From positions 77,438,001 through 77,502,000 of the forward strand of contig OX597815.1 in assembly GCA_951406725.2 (NCBI GenBank): a DNA stretch of 64,000 nt, read 5' to 3'. Origin of the DNA: Octopus vulgaris (Eukaryota). Positions 1 through 13,255 of this stretch are shown piece by piece (position 1 is the first letter of the stretch; each line of letters begins with the position of its first letter). Position numbers and translations under genes: made by a program. The notes below the pieces were generated by a model. It did not search any database. It had not been told where the DNA came from and saw only the letters and a program-made list of their open reading frames with translations.

Positions 1-689
1 AATTTATTGAATCCAAAAAAAAATGAAAGACTAAGTCGACCTTAGGGAAATTTGAACTCAGAAATGCTGCAAAATATGCTGTCTGGGCATGGCACCAACT
101 TGCACATACACACATACACACACACATTTATGTATTTATGCATATATAAATTCCTTTATGCAAGTATAAATTCCATGCATGTACATTTGCAGGCATATGT
201 ATGTCATTCTTTGTGTATGTGTATCTACAAAGACAAATTTATAAAAAGATATCTAATAGGATGTCTTGCAAAAAAAATAAAAAATTAATTAATTAATTCA
301 ATAATCTCATTTCTAATTTAATCCCATCACAATCTAATGATCAATTTAACTGCTTAATGTCTCTTTGGAGAACAGATTATGATGTTCTTAGGTATATAGC
401 CAGCTGTCAGTTTGACAGCAGGAAAGTTTGCTGTAAGAGATATCACAGCTGGATTCAAACAGGTCAAGTAATTATATAGACAGTTTCCCTTTCTTTGTCT
501 TTAATTCACTAACATGTTAGAGGAGTAAACACACACACATGCATATATGAACATACTTACATACATGCACACATGCATACATATGCACATAAATACAAAC
601 ATATGCTACAAATACCTGGACATTGATGAAAACATACACAAAAGTTCTACAAATAAAGATAGAGTGACCTGAGAATATTGGAAACATGC

Positions 690-1275
690 TGTGCTTGAGA
701 AGACCTGGCAAACCAAGTGAGACCATAACCTTGTAGCCTATGCCAGGGGTGTAACCAGCCCACTTATGCATACCTTTCCTTCATTGGACACTAAACTCTG
801 CTTGCAACGACCTGTTGAGGCAAGTGAAATCGAAATCAAATTCGATGACTGGCATCCATGCTAGTGGAGCGCTAAGAGCATCATCAGAGCATGATCATTG
901 CCAGAGCAGCTAACAAGCTTCCGTGCTGGTGACATGTAAAAAGCACCTTTCAAGCATGATCATTACCAGCATTGCCTTACTGGCACATGAAAAACATTCG
1001 AGCAAGGTCGTTGCCAGTGCTTCTGGACTGGCTCCTGTGCAGGTGGCACATAAAAAACACCATTGCCAGCACTGCCTGACTCGCCCTCATGCCAGTGGCA
1101 CGTAAAAGCACCCACTACACTCTTGGAGTAGTTGGCATTAGGAAGGGCATCTAGCTGCAGAAACTCTGCCAGATCAGACTGGAGCCTGGTGCAGCCATCT
1201 GGTTTACCAGTCCTCAGTCAAATCGTCCAACCCATGCTAGCATGGAAAGCAGACGTTAAACGATGATGCTGATGA
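690..1275 (+). mobile_element. Long SINE-like retro-element (family E) with internal ~24-60 bp subrepeats and (GAT)n tail
   Basis: Repeated GTGGCACRTAAAAAGCACC units, then GGCATTAGGAAGGGCATCTAGC and GACGTTAAACGATGATG tail. A reverse-orientation copy lies at 61295-61785. Shorter copies near 5030-5215(-), 36410-36742, 37400-37632, 41270-41420, 48130-48440 and 59540-59710. Confidence 0.75.
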
Positions 1276-2544
1276 TATATGTATATATGTGTGCATATAC
1301 ACACATAATGCATCCATTCATCCATCCATTCATCTATACATCCATGTATGTATGTATGTATGTATTTATACAAAATAAATGAAGTTGAAATGTTAAAAGA
1401 ATATGTGAAGAGTTATTTAAATTTTTAAATAATTATCCGTAACTGGTTTCACATTTGGCAACTTTCAAAAGTGTATATTATGAGGAATGGGAAATTATGC
1501 TGCAAACTGTATCTTCTATGGACCTTGTTCTAAAATTCGTTTGTTTTTATACACAAAATGTGGCTCAAATTAATAACAGTTAATGTTCAGATTGATTTGT
1601 TGAGGATAGTCATGTGACAGTCACATGGGAAGGTCATTGCAAAGCTTTAGTCCAGTATATATATATCACATGATAGTTAGAATAATAGCTATGAAAGGTG
1701 AAAATCTAGACCTTAGGGCTGTTTTAGCCAGCAGCTGTGTGAGCAGCAATTATCTTATTTAGCTATGGCTAAATAAGATAATTTTTGTCTTACAATGTTT
1801 TTATGTATGTTTCAGTTTTCTTTACCAAAATGTAGTCAAAAAAGTTGAAAAAGAAATGTTACTTTAAATCTTTTTTGCATTCACATTGTTACATGAAAAG
1901 TAAAGCTTTTTTATTCACATGTTTTGGATTCATCATGCATTATTTTGTAACTTTGAGATTTTGATGAGGTAATTTTTAGAATGATATTGTAGGGTTGGTG
2001 TAAGAGGCCAGATCTGGCCAGTTTGAACATAAAATAGATAGAATATTAATGAATAACTGCAGTTAAAAATTGCTGAAAAAATAAAGTGAATAAAAAAAAT
2101 TATTTGGTTCCTAAATTTTCAGAACATCCATTTAAATACGTATTTATGAAGCAAATACAAATAAACAGATAAGGAGAGGGTGACAGAGAAAGAAAGAGTG
2201 ACAGAAAAAGAAAGAAGTATGTGAATATGTGTATGTTTGCATGCATGTGTGTGCACATGTGGGCATGTATGTGTGTGCATGTGCCCCATGGTTTGTGCAA
2301 GAAAACTTTTGTCACCAAATAAATAATGATAAATGTTTAAATGAAGTTAACAATCTTTGTGTGTTTTTGAATGGTTAATATGTATATGAATGTTTATGCA
2401 GTAATTGTTTTAGTTTCAACCTACAATGTTAGATCAAATCACTTGTAATTCACCTTTACTGAATGTAGCTTTGACCAGGAAGAATTTATGTTATCAGACA
2501 ATATCCAATGAGGATTAGGTGTTTCAACCCAATATATACTTTTT

Positions 2545-2730
2545 ACCTTTTACCTTTTAATTATTTCATTCATTGCACTGCAGCCTTGAAGGACTTAGTC
2601 AAACAAATAGACACCAGTACTTTTTAAATTTCTTGTATTTATTCTATCAGTCTCTTTTACTGAACTGCTAAGTTACAGTGGCATAAACAAACCAGCTCTG
2701 GTTATCAAATAGTTGTGAGAACAAACACAA
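2545..2730 (-). mobile_element. SINE 3' body (family D)
   Basis: Similar to copies at 10275-10470 and 60215-60410, and in opposite orientation at 18930-19120, 32735-32940, 45780-45980 and 55620-55840. Confidence 0.7.
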
Positions 2731-3054
2731 ACACAAACACACAAACACACACACACAATACATAATTACACACACAATTACACATGCACACACATACTCA
2801 CAATTACATACACTCATATAAAACAATGATTATTGTGTATCAAACAAAATTACTTTCTGGTTTCTGTTCTGCTGTAATTAAGCCCCTTTTGCCAAGGTCA
2901 ACATTGCATTTCTCTCCGAAGTTGACTGATAAATGACATGCAAGCCAAAGTACTTGGGGCAATATAATCAATTAAAAACTATTGGATGAAGTGCCTCAAT
3001 ATGGCCACAGTCCATTTACTATGACCAATGAAATAGAAAAAGAATAGAACATTA

Positions 3055-3272
3055 TATTGATTTCAAATTTTGGTACAAGATTAGTAATTTCGAGGAAGTG
3101 GATAAATCAATTACATTGACCCCAGTGCATAACTGGTACTATTTTTTTATCAAACTTGAAAGGATGACAGGCAAAGTCAACCTTGGCAGAATTTGAACTG
3201 AGAATGTAAAGGTGGATGAAATGCCACTAAGCATTTTCCCTGGCTTGATAATGGTTCTGCCTGTTCACCGCC
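3055..3272 (-). mobile_element. tRNA-derived SINE (family A)
   Basis: Reverse complement reads GGCGGTGAACAGGCAGAA...TCTCAGTTCAAATTCTGCC...GACTTTGCC...CATCCTTTC..GATAAAA..AGTACCAG. Further degenerate copies occupy 3400-4230. Confidence 0.8.
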
Positions 3273-3547
3273 TTTGAATAGAACAACATATTAAAAATTT
3301 GAGATATATTAACATGTCAATAAACATGGTAATGATTGATGTTTGTACAAGTCAAACATTTTGTGTATTTGATTAAACAAGTACCAGTACCAGTACCAGT
3401 ACTTGATTGGTACTAATTCTATTGAGCTTGGATGGAAGAGACACAAATTTAACCCCAGTGGAGTTTGAAACTCAGAGTGAACAAGAAAGTAATTAAACAT
3501 TTCAAAGTATTTAAACTGTTGTCCTACTGATGTTGTCATTTACCACC

Positions 3548-3780
3548 TTAACCCTTTAGTATTTAAACTGGCCATATCCTGCTCAAATATTCTACCTGTT
3601 TTATGGTAAAAAAAAACTGACCAGATAGAGCCTCTCACACCTTCGTGACAATGTTATTCTTCAAATGAGCAATTACAACTTCAAAATCTCAAAGCTACAA
3701 GATAATGCATGATTAATTCAAAGTAATGTGAATAAATAAGCATTTCATTGGATGGAATAATCAGAATGCTAATGGCTTAA
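3548..3780. mobile_element. piggyBac-type MITE (family F)
   Basis: TTAA-CCCTTTAG ... AATGCTAATGGC-TTAA termini. Same family at 20238-20458 and 61845-62055; partial copies at ~1865-2050 and 32607-32650. Confidence 0.75.
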
Positions 3781-5289
3781 AGAATAATATATAAAATTGG
3801 TTTCAAATTTTGGTATGTGGCCAGTAACTTTCAGGGGAGAGGCAATTTGATTATATCGATCCCAGTGCTTGGCAAGTATTTTATTTTACAAAGCTCAGAG
3901 GCAAAGTTGATCTTGGTGAGATTTGAACTCAGAATATAAAGAGCTGAAACAAATACCACAGAGAATTTTGCCCAATAAACTAACAATTCTGCCAGTTTGC
4001 CCCCTTATAATATATAATGATGACTTCTTACACAGCAACATGACCAGAAATTTTGTTGGGAGTGAACAGTTGATAAAATCAGCTTCAGAACTTTATTGGT
4101 ATTCTATATTATTGACCTCAAAAGGCTGAAAGATTACATTGACCTTGGTTGGATTTGAACTCAGAACATAAAGGGCTTTGACTAAATACAATAACACATA
4201 TTTTCCTGGTGTTCTAAAAATTCCGTTGATCCACATAACAACATATAATAAATTCAATAACAGATACAGTAGTAATGACTAATAAATTTAGTTCAAACTA
4301 CACTAGAGTTGACTTTGGCCGTAATCCCTCTAGATCAATAAATAAGTACCTGGTATGTACTAGGATTCATTTAATCAGTTATACCTCTAGCCTTAATATA
4401 GTTAATCATTATATTAAGAAGCGGGTGTTGTAGTATTACACACTATATAATTATAGAAATATATCTTCTGTGCAATGATTGAGAAAGGTGTAACAGAATG
4501 AATAAGTGAACAAGAATAACATTAATTATGAGATGAAATATATGTGAATGCATTAACAAGTGTACAATAGTATAAGAGTGATGGATATTATAATAATGTG
4601 CTGAACATGAAATGGATTACAGGTTTACAATCATAATATTGATTTCTACCCTTCAAGATTCATTGCTTAGTGAATGCGAAAGCCTTGCACAATGATGCCC
4701 ATGTAAATAGCTCCATAGATTCTTAACAAAGAGATTGTTATCAGGTGCAGATTCATAATAGTCAGCTAGTCATTTACCTTTGGGTGTATTCCAGGCTAAA
4801 TTGAATATGTATTGATTCATAGGCATGTAAAGTGCATGGCTTAAAGGTGACTCTGGGTGAAAAACTGAATCATTGGTCTGAGATCAAACTTTAACACCTG
4901 CAAAATACTGTTGGAAGAAGATGAATAATTGTTATATTATAAAGGAAGGTACTGATTAAGAAGCCTGATAGTGAATACTGCTATAAGGATACACTCTGTA
5001 GAAGAAAATAAATTGTCATCGCTGTTGTTGTCATTGTTGTCATTTTAACATCCACTTTTCCATGCTTGCATGGGTCAGAAGAGTTGTTTATTGAGGCTGA
5101 TTTTCTACAGCTGGATGCCCTTCCTGTCACCAGCCCTCACCTGTTTCCGGACAAGGTAATATTTCTCCATGGCCAGATATGTTTCTTAAAAATATTAAAC
5201 AAATAACACTCATTTAAAGCAATCGCATAATGTCAAGACAAGGAGACAGAAGAATACACACACTCACACATACAAATGTACATTTGCAT

Positions 5290-5302
5290 GTATGTATATA
5301 TG

Positions 5303-5336
<34 letters not shown>

Positions 5337-5592
5337 TGTATGTATGTATGTATGTATGTATGTATGTATGTTGGCATATATGTATGTACATACAGATATA
5401 AATATACATATATATATACACACACATATACACATACACATGCATACATGCATGCATACATACATACATACATACATACATACATCCATCCATACATACA
5501 TACATGCATGCATACATACATGCATGCATGCATGTATACATACATACATACATACATACATACATACATACATACATACATACATACATACA
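5290..5592. repeat. (TATG)n followed by (CATA)n compound microsatellite
   Basis: Directly visible; generates the spurious YVCM/IHTY ORFs. Confidence 0.95.
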
Positions 5593-6203
5593 TCAAGAAC
5601 AAGGGATTCCCACCAAGTGCCAATAGTATAAAAAGCAGAAAACATTGACAGATAACAAATGTAGGCTTTGCAAAACCAAGACTGAAGACATCAACCACTA
5701 TTATGCCAACTGAAAATGTCTTCTAGATATCATCTTCCTACAAGGCATGATACAATGGCCAGAAGTATCTGGAACAGGATGACAAAATAGAAAACACCTT
5801 CAGACAAAGTTGACCATATTGAGACTGATGGGTCAAAAGAATATTGGTAGAACTTAAAAATTAAAACAGCCACCAAATTAAAACACAACTAGCTGGGTAT
5901 TGTTATGTGGGACCACAAAGAAAAGAGATTTTCTGCTAAGGAAATCAGCTGCCTCCTGGATACCAATGTGATTAGAAAGATACAGAAGAAAGAGGACATC
6001 TATGGACCATTGATAAGGAGCTTGCAAATCCAGTAGCGAAGATACACTTTCAGCTTCATAACTATTATTATTGGAGTAACCTACCTGATACAAAGTAAGG
6101 TTGAACTTGGGTTCTTGGGGAAAGAATGCAAATTCATATGCTACAAATGATCATGATATCTAGGACTATAAAAATCTCCAAAACTTTAAGATTTAAGGGA
6201 TGA
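5593..6203 (+). mobile_element. Degenerate 3' end of an R4/Dong-type RLE non-LTR retrotransposon
   Basis: Stop- and frameshift-interrupted translation: QEQGIPTK..DNKCRLCKTKTEDINH (zinc knuckle), RHDTMARSIW, KLKHN..IVMWD, EISCLLDTNV..K.K..Y, FITIIIG. Confidence 0.8.
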
Positions 6204-6714
6204 TGGTTAAAACAAGATGCTTTCCTTCACAATTTTGCTACCAAATAGGTGGCTGGTCAAAATTTATTTTAAATTAGAAAGGGAAAGAGGAAAAAAAACA
6301 AACATACATACATACACAATGGGCTTCTTTCAGTTTCCATCTACATCCAAAAGCTTTATTCAACTGAATAATCAAGTTCTCTGACAATGAACTAGCAGCC
6401 ACCTTAAATAGTCTTGATCATGTATAAACATGTAAAATGTTTGTAACACAACAATAATATTAGCATAGCAATGATATTACAACTCTCTAAAATAGATTGT
6501 TGTTTGAGAATGAGATGTAACACCATTTACAATGTTTGTTCTTGAAACAGTTATCAAATCACAATATTTATTAATAGAAGCTGAAATAACATTCAAAGCT
6601 TGATGGACTGATTTGGCATTTCAAATATTTTTGTTGATGTTTATTTGATTGGATTTAGCTAATTATATATCTTGTTTGCCTTTAAGAAACACAATTGTAT
6701 TATTACCTGCTTCA

Positions 6715-6932
6715 AGGTGGTGAGCTGGCAGATTTGTTAGCACACGAAACAAAATACTTAGCAACATTTTATCAATCTTTAAGTACTGAGTTCAAATTCC
6801 ACCAGGGTCAACTTTGTTCTCATCAACCTTTCAGAGTTGCTTAAATAAGTACCAGATGAGCATTGGAGTCGATGTGATCAACAAACCCCTCCCCCAAATT
6901 TCAGACCTTGTGCCTATTATAGAAAGGATTAT
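6715..6932 (+). mobile_element. tRNA-derived SINE (family A)
   Basis: GGTGGTGAGCTGGCAGA..TTAGCAC head, GAGTTCAAATTCC B-box, conserved body and CCTTGTGCCTA tail. Confidence 0.8.
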
Positions 6933-7979
6933 TACCTGTTTGAGATATAAGTCTAGCTTGTTATGGTTCAACATTTTTGATGCATCAATACCAAGCTTGA
7001 AAGTGTGTGGCCTTGTGTTTAGAGTGTTGCATTCATGATCTTACAATTGTGGTTTTGATTTCTGGACCAAGTGGTGATGCATTATGTTTTGGAGCAAAAT
7101 ACTTAATTTCCCATTGCTCTACTTCACTCAGCTGCAAATGAGTCACAGTAATAGATGGGCAGTTGGCCCTGTGATGGATCATTGTGGATTATAGTGATCT
7201 CAGTCATGTATATGTCATAGAAATTGAGTTAAGCTCCAGTTTAATGTGTCATTAGGCTTACGGCAATCCTGACACTAAACTTGAGTCACAGTTCAGTAAA
7301 ATGTTGATAATGTCAATCATATATGCTGCCCAACAAAGCAGATGGACTAAGGAACCTTCTTGAGTGAGGGAATCTAGCTACAAAAAATCTGCCTCAATGA
7401 AATTCATCTGACCCATGAATGTAGGAAAAAATAGACATTAAAATGATGGTGATGACAATGATGATTGTGATGAGCCTAGAAAAATGAAAGGCAAAGCAGA
7501 TGAGATTTGAACTTAGACAATCAAGATATATAACTAGATGCTGTAAAGCAATGTGTCTAACATACAGTTGATTCTACAAGTCATCACTTTCAAAATTAAA
7601 GTATTTCCAACCCAGAAACAGAATGTGGGTTACCTGAGTGAAGGATCAGGAATCTTAAAGACTAGACCACAATACAACATGAATAAAATACGTAAAGATA
7701 TAAGGATTCACTTGTTTGTTGTAGACAAAAGGTGCAAAGTTCCAACATTAGACATCTCAGTTTAGATTCAGTTGTCGTACAACTGAAACAACAAAATCAG
7801 CTGCTGCCCTTGTTCTTGGCATAGGAGCTATCATGGAAATACAATTTCTTTGTATTTCTTGAAATTATATGATTTCCCTTTGAAGAATGTTTCCATTTCC
7901 ATATTTAGAAAACAGTTTTCCATTAGATTCATTTATATTTATACTTCTTGGATGACTCCACTAGTTCTGATTTTTCTAA

Positions 7980-8725
7980 TAACTTCTTTGTTATACAATT
8001 TGTCATCTCTTCTCTCACACTTAGTCTTTCTTTTAGCTTCTTTTCTTTTTTTTCTTTTTACTTTATCCTCTCTTTCCAGCATTTCACAGTTTTTTCATAC
8101 ATCCACATCTCTCTCTCTCTCTCACTTTTTCACTTATTATTTAACTCATTCTCTTTACACCAATCTCTCTTTCCTTCATTCCCCACTTCTGTTTTTTTTG
8201 TCTCTCTTATTCTCTCTCATTCTTGTTTTATTTTTCTCTCATCTCCCATAATTACCCCATCTTCTCTGTCTGTCTATCTGTCTGTTTGTCTCTCTCTCTC
8301 TCTCTCTCTCTCTCACTCACTCTCTCTTGCTCTCTTTCTCTCACTCTCCCACCCTCTCTCTCACTCTCTCTCCCCACCCACCCCACACACAAACAAATAT
8401 AATTTTCTTCATTTTCCTTATTTCTTTCTCACTTTCCATCATTCCCCTGCCCTCTCTGTTTTTTTTCTCTCTCTCTCTTTCTCCCTTTTCATCTTCCCTA
8501 TTTTTCTCTTTCCTCTCACACATTCTAGACCTCATTCTTTTTGTCCCTCTCATTCTCTATTTCCAACATTTTATTCTTTCTCCTTCCCTTATCCCTCTTT
8601 CTTCCATTTTTTCTATGACTTTCTTTTCCCTTTTCCCCTCAATTCTTTCTACACTATTTTTTCTCTGTTCATCTCAATCTTCCCTATATTGCCTTTATTT
8701 GCTATTGTCTCTCCATCTTTTTAGT
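7980..8725. repeat. Long polypyrimidine (CT-rich) low-complexity tract
   Basis: About 750 bp dominated by C/T with (CT)n runs; explains the F/S/L-rich ORFs. Confidence 0.85.
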
Positions 8726-9567
8726 AAAAATTGTTACTACCTCTGCCTAGAAGGTCTTTAATCTTAAAATGCTATTGAAATATGTATAAAATAAAAGGAA
8801 AAGGAAAACAACTTCCTCTTTTCTTGTTCAACAGAACTTAAATATAATTGGAAAACTCTCTTCTATAATTATATGTCAGGGAGATCAAAACCAAAAAAAA
8901 AAAAAAAAAAAAAAAGTGGTTGAGAATGAAAGAGAATTTCCAGAAATTATTATGTTGCTTTCCAAAGAAGCCATTCAACTGACTAATATATTTAGACGTA
9001 GGCAGAAGATATCAGCTTGGGAACCATCTCATTATACTCCACTATATACATACACACCTGTGTATGTAAATGTATATGTGTGCATACATCCGTGTATGTG
9101 TGTGTGTGTGTGTGATGTGCTAACTGATAGACAATGATTTTTGTATAAACTTTATTAAATTATATGCCTACCCAAGAAAGCAACGCAATGACAGTAGTAA
9201 GGAATGACCTGAAGACCATTAATTTTATAATCTCAGAGCCATTTTGCCTCTCCCTCCCCCTCTCTCTCTATCTCTATCTATCTATAGTATGTATATGTGG
9301 GTAGTGTTGTGGATGGGGAGGAAGAGTATGAGTGAGTGATCATAAGTGCTTAATCATATAAAGTATATTTTGATTTAAAATCTACAGTAAGCATTAATAT
9401 TTTCTGATCAAGGCATTTCTTCCAGCACAGGACATTTAACACCATAGTGACCAGTTTATCTAGCTCTGAAACAAACAGGTAACATAAGGTTTTCTACCTA
9501 GACAAAGGAAACAAGAGAAAATCATTTCACGAAAAAACCCCTCTCGAGTCCATAGATTTATCACATA

Positions 9568-10266
9568 CAGGGTGTCCCAAAAATCACTGATGAATTTCAA
9601 TTTTTAATAACTTCCTTAACTTTAAAAATAAATACATGAAGTTTTGATACAATATAAAGGACATAATGGAAATTAATATGCACAAATTAAATTTTGCAAC
9701 ACCACTACATCACACATGAAAAATGACATCGCTTAAATGGCAGCCATTTTTGGCTTGGCACACCCATTCTCTTTCCAAACCTTGCCCCTTAACACCCTCG
9801 AGAGTTTCAGACACCACTTCTCTGATTTCTCTATTGATGTTCTCCTTCAGTTGCACTAGTGTCACCAGTTTGTTGATGTAAACCTTCTTTTTCAGCTATC
9901 CCCACAAGAAAAAATCCAGGCTAGTCAAATCTGGGGAATGTGAAGACCATTCAAAGTAGACCTCACACATGGCTCCAGAAAGATGGGACAACTACTCATA
10001 CTGCAAGAGAAACAATGCAGTTGCTATGGCAGTGCTTTGGAGAGAGAATAATCTCCTGCTATGGCAATGCCGACTGGCCTTCACATTCCCCAGACTTGAC
10101 TAAGCAATGTCATTTTTCATATGTAATGTAGTGGTGTTGCAAAATTAGACATGTGCATATCAATTTCCATTGTTCTTTATGTTGTATCAAAATTTCATGT
10201 ATTTATTTGTAAAGCTAAGGAAGTTATTAAAAATTGAAACTCATCAGTAACTTTTGGGACACCCTG
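9568..10266. mobile_element. Tc1/mariner-superfamily non-autonomous element with ~165-bp TIRs and transposase remnants
   Basis: TA|CAGGGTGTCCCAAAA ... TTTTGGGACACCCTG|TA. + strand remnant WLQKDGTTTHTARETM..WPSHSPDLT; - strand remnant WSSHSPDLTSLDFFLWG*LKKKVY..GCHLSDVIFH. Confidence 0.88.
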
Positions 10267-11156
10267 TATCATTTATCTTTTACTTGCTTTGGTCATTGGA
10301 CTGTGGCCATAATGGTGTACCACCTTGAAGGATGAAGTCAAATAGATTGACACCAGTACTTATTTTCAAGTCTGGTATTTAATCTATTAATCTTTTTTTT
10401 TTGTTGAAAGGTTAAGTTACAGGGATGTAAACAAACCAACACCAGTTGTCAAGCGATAGTGAGGAGACACTACAGAGCATATACTCAATACACGTTGAAT
10501 TTATTTGAAGTTGCAGGTAACTCACTGCATTGCTACTCTGAGTTTCTCACACTGTATGTTTTTGTGGGGAAATGCACATACACTCTCATAAATACAACAC
10601 ACACGTGCGTGCATGCGCACACATGCACACATTTCTATACATATGTGTATGTTATATTTCAAAGGTAGAAACATGCTACAAATCTTTTCAAGTTATAATT
10701 CTATTCTTAGGTAACAGGTTCACCAGGCTTACTTTCTTTTTCAGGTATATTCACTTTCTTCTTATTAACACTCAACCTGCTCCCCCATTACAAATTATCA
10801 TCATCATCATCATACACCCACCACCATCATCATTTCCTCTCTATTTCTCATCTTTCACCTCTCTTACTTCTTTGTCATCCACCCACATAATTGTCAAGTT
10901 CTGTCACTATCACTGCTCATAATCTCATTATTGTCATCACCATTCTCACCCACTCTCTCTATTAACTCCTCCTCCTCCTCCTCCTCCTCCTCGTGATCGT
11001 TGTCATTATCAGCATCAAAATCATCATGTACCAATACCCCCACACAACTGCATATTAGTGCATTATATGAATTAAACATTTAAACATTTGCTCAAATGTT
11101 TCAGGGCTTCCTCCCTCACTTTCAAAATTTTTCAAATTAGAGTAAAGTTCACAGGA

Positions 11157-11230
<74 letters not shown>

Positions 11231-12131
11231 TCTTAAATAAATTTCCAAAAATATTTTTAAAGAAGAGATGTTGTTTGTTTTTTGGGGGTTTTTTTTCACT
11301 TCTATTATTCATTCACCATTCACCATTGTATTACATTATGTTTATTATCAACACTGTTGCATTAGTAACTAGAGTTCTGAAAAGAATCTGCATTAGTGAC
11401 TAGAGTTGAAAAGAAGATCTTTGAGAATGGTGTGTGTCAAAATGTTTTTAATCTGTAAAGATACAAGAGATAACACAAGAGATTTGCTTGGAGTTAATTT
11501 GCTTCAAAAATGGAATAAAAAAAAACAGAAAAGAAAATGAAACTCTACTTTGTAGAGATGATTAGTTTTACTGGAACTTACCTGTAATTATGTTACTTTT
11601 TGTCAGTTTATTGATTATGTGGAGACATTATCTCGTAACAGTACAGAGTAGCACAGTAAGATAATAGTTTAAATATGGAGCTCTAAGAATCCATCTCTGA
11701 TCATAAGATTTTAGCACTATGTTGTTGCTTAACCTCAGGTTAAATTATACCTAACCTGAAGTAGATCTATGACCAAAACAATCCAACCAAGGCTATTCCA
11801 TCAAATTTTTGGATATTGTGTCGAGGGTTGCATTATACAGTTGTAGGGTGTGATTTTGATTAGAAATTTGGTTGTTATTTCTGACTATTTTTATTGACCT
11901 TGGTGGTCAAAAGACAAGAGAAGGAAACCTCAAAGCCTCATTGTCTTTTTTTGTGTTATGTTTATTTACTAAAGTAGAAAGGCTTGTAACTCCAGTACAT
12001 GTTTATAAACAAATATTCACAATTACATAATTCTATATACATAGGTAGGCACAGATATCTTCACATATATATTTTATATATATATGCACATGCATACACA
12101 TATTTTATTTTACATCTGATTTTCCATGTTT

Positions 12132-12181
<50 letters not shown>

Positions 12182-12341
12182 TTTTTAAAATAGTTAGATA
12201 GATGAAAGAGCATTGTAGAAAATGAAGGAGAGTATATTTTAGATTCAAAAAGAAATTTATCTTCATTTTCAAAAGTAAAAGAAGTATAAAAAAACCTGCA
12301 TTATTTTTAGGGGATGACCCAATATATATATATTTGTAAGT

Positions 12342-12505
12342 GCAGGCATGGGAGTGCAGTTAAAAAGCTTCCTTTGCATCCACATGATTTTGGGGTTCAG
12401 TCTCATTACATGGCACATTAGGCAAGTGTTTTCTACCATAGACCCAGGCCAATCAATATTTAGAGAGTGAATTTAACTGACAGAAACTGGGTGGAAGCCT
12501 GTCAT
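12342..12505 (+). mobile_element. tRNA-derived CORE-like SINE (family B)
   Basis: GCAGGCATGG..GTTAAAAAGCTT..GGTTCAGTC..GGCAC..GGCAAGTGT..GAAACTG. Other copies at ~18030-18170, 18790-18920, 37135-37280, 55410-55555, 57275-57430 and 60480-60670(-). Confidence 0.75.
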
Positions 12506-13036
12506 GTATTCATATACATACATACAAACATACATACATACATACATACATAAATACATACATACATACATACATACATACATACATACATACATACATA
12601 CATTCAAGTCATTTCCTATTTCCATGAATGTCAATTCTTTCATGAACATCATATCATCATTGGTGATGCATTGGCATGCTAAGCAAAGCTCTGTGCTTCT
12701 ATCACATATATCTCTTGTACACTTCCATATTTGCATATTTGTATACACATTATATATGTATACACATTGGAGATACTTCTTTGCCATTACTTTAAGTTTC
12801 ATACTAGATGGCAATCATCAAATAGTGATTGGCTGAAATGCATCTTGAACTAAAAAATTTTCTGGGGATAACTCACTGCAAACTTCAGTTTGGTTTTGAA
12901 CTTTCAGTTGGGTCTAGACTTTTTCTGCTCTTGATTATTTTATTCATTTATCCCTTATAATTTATTAAATAAACCTTGTACCTGTGACAGCATTTTGACA
13001 TTATTTTTAATATTGAATTTTGATTGACTATCATTT

Positions 13037-13255
13037 GTGTTGGAATGTGATACTTCTCAACTACACACAGATATCATTGACTTTCTAACAAGTAGATATC
13101 AAGCTTATAGAAAACTAAATGAAAGACTTAACTACAACGCCAATCATTCTCTCCTTATATTTAGAAATCTAGTTAGTAACATATGTAAAAGAGTATACAA
13201 CGTTTCATCGTATAAGGTGGCATTTAATAAAGCTAGCAAGTATCATAATAATTCC
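13037..13255 (+). mobile_element. Penelope-like element RT C-terminal/thumb remnant
   Basis: Translation YQAYRKLNERLNYNANHSLLIFRNLVSNICKRVYNVSS resembles the PLE pattern Y.PYRKPN..Y..SNHPP.I.KN...I.KR...LSS (from recall). Confidence 0.7.

Noticed and set aside
5214-5698. Long ORFs on both strands (YVCM/IHTY repeats), and similar ORFs near 27000, 32100, 43200 and 48800
   Set aside because: Translations of microsatellites; no coding signal.
7850-8761. 258-aa hydrophobic ORF that looks like a membrane protein
   Set aside because: Product of a CT-rich low-complexity tract that lacks stop codons.
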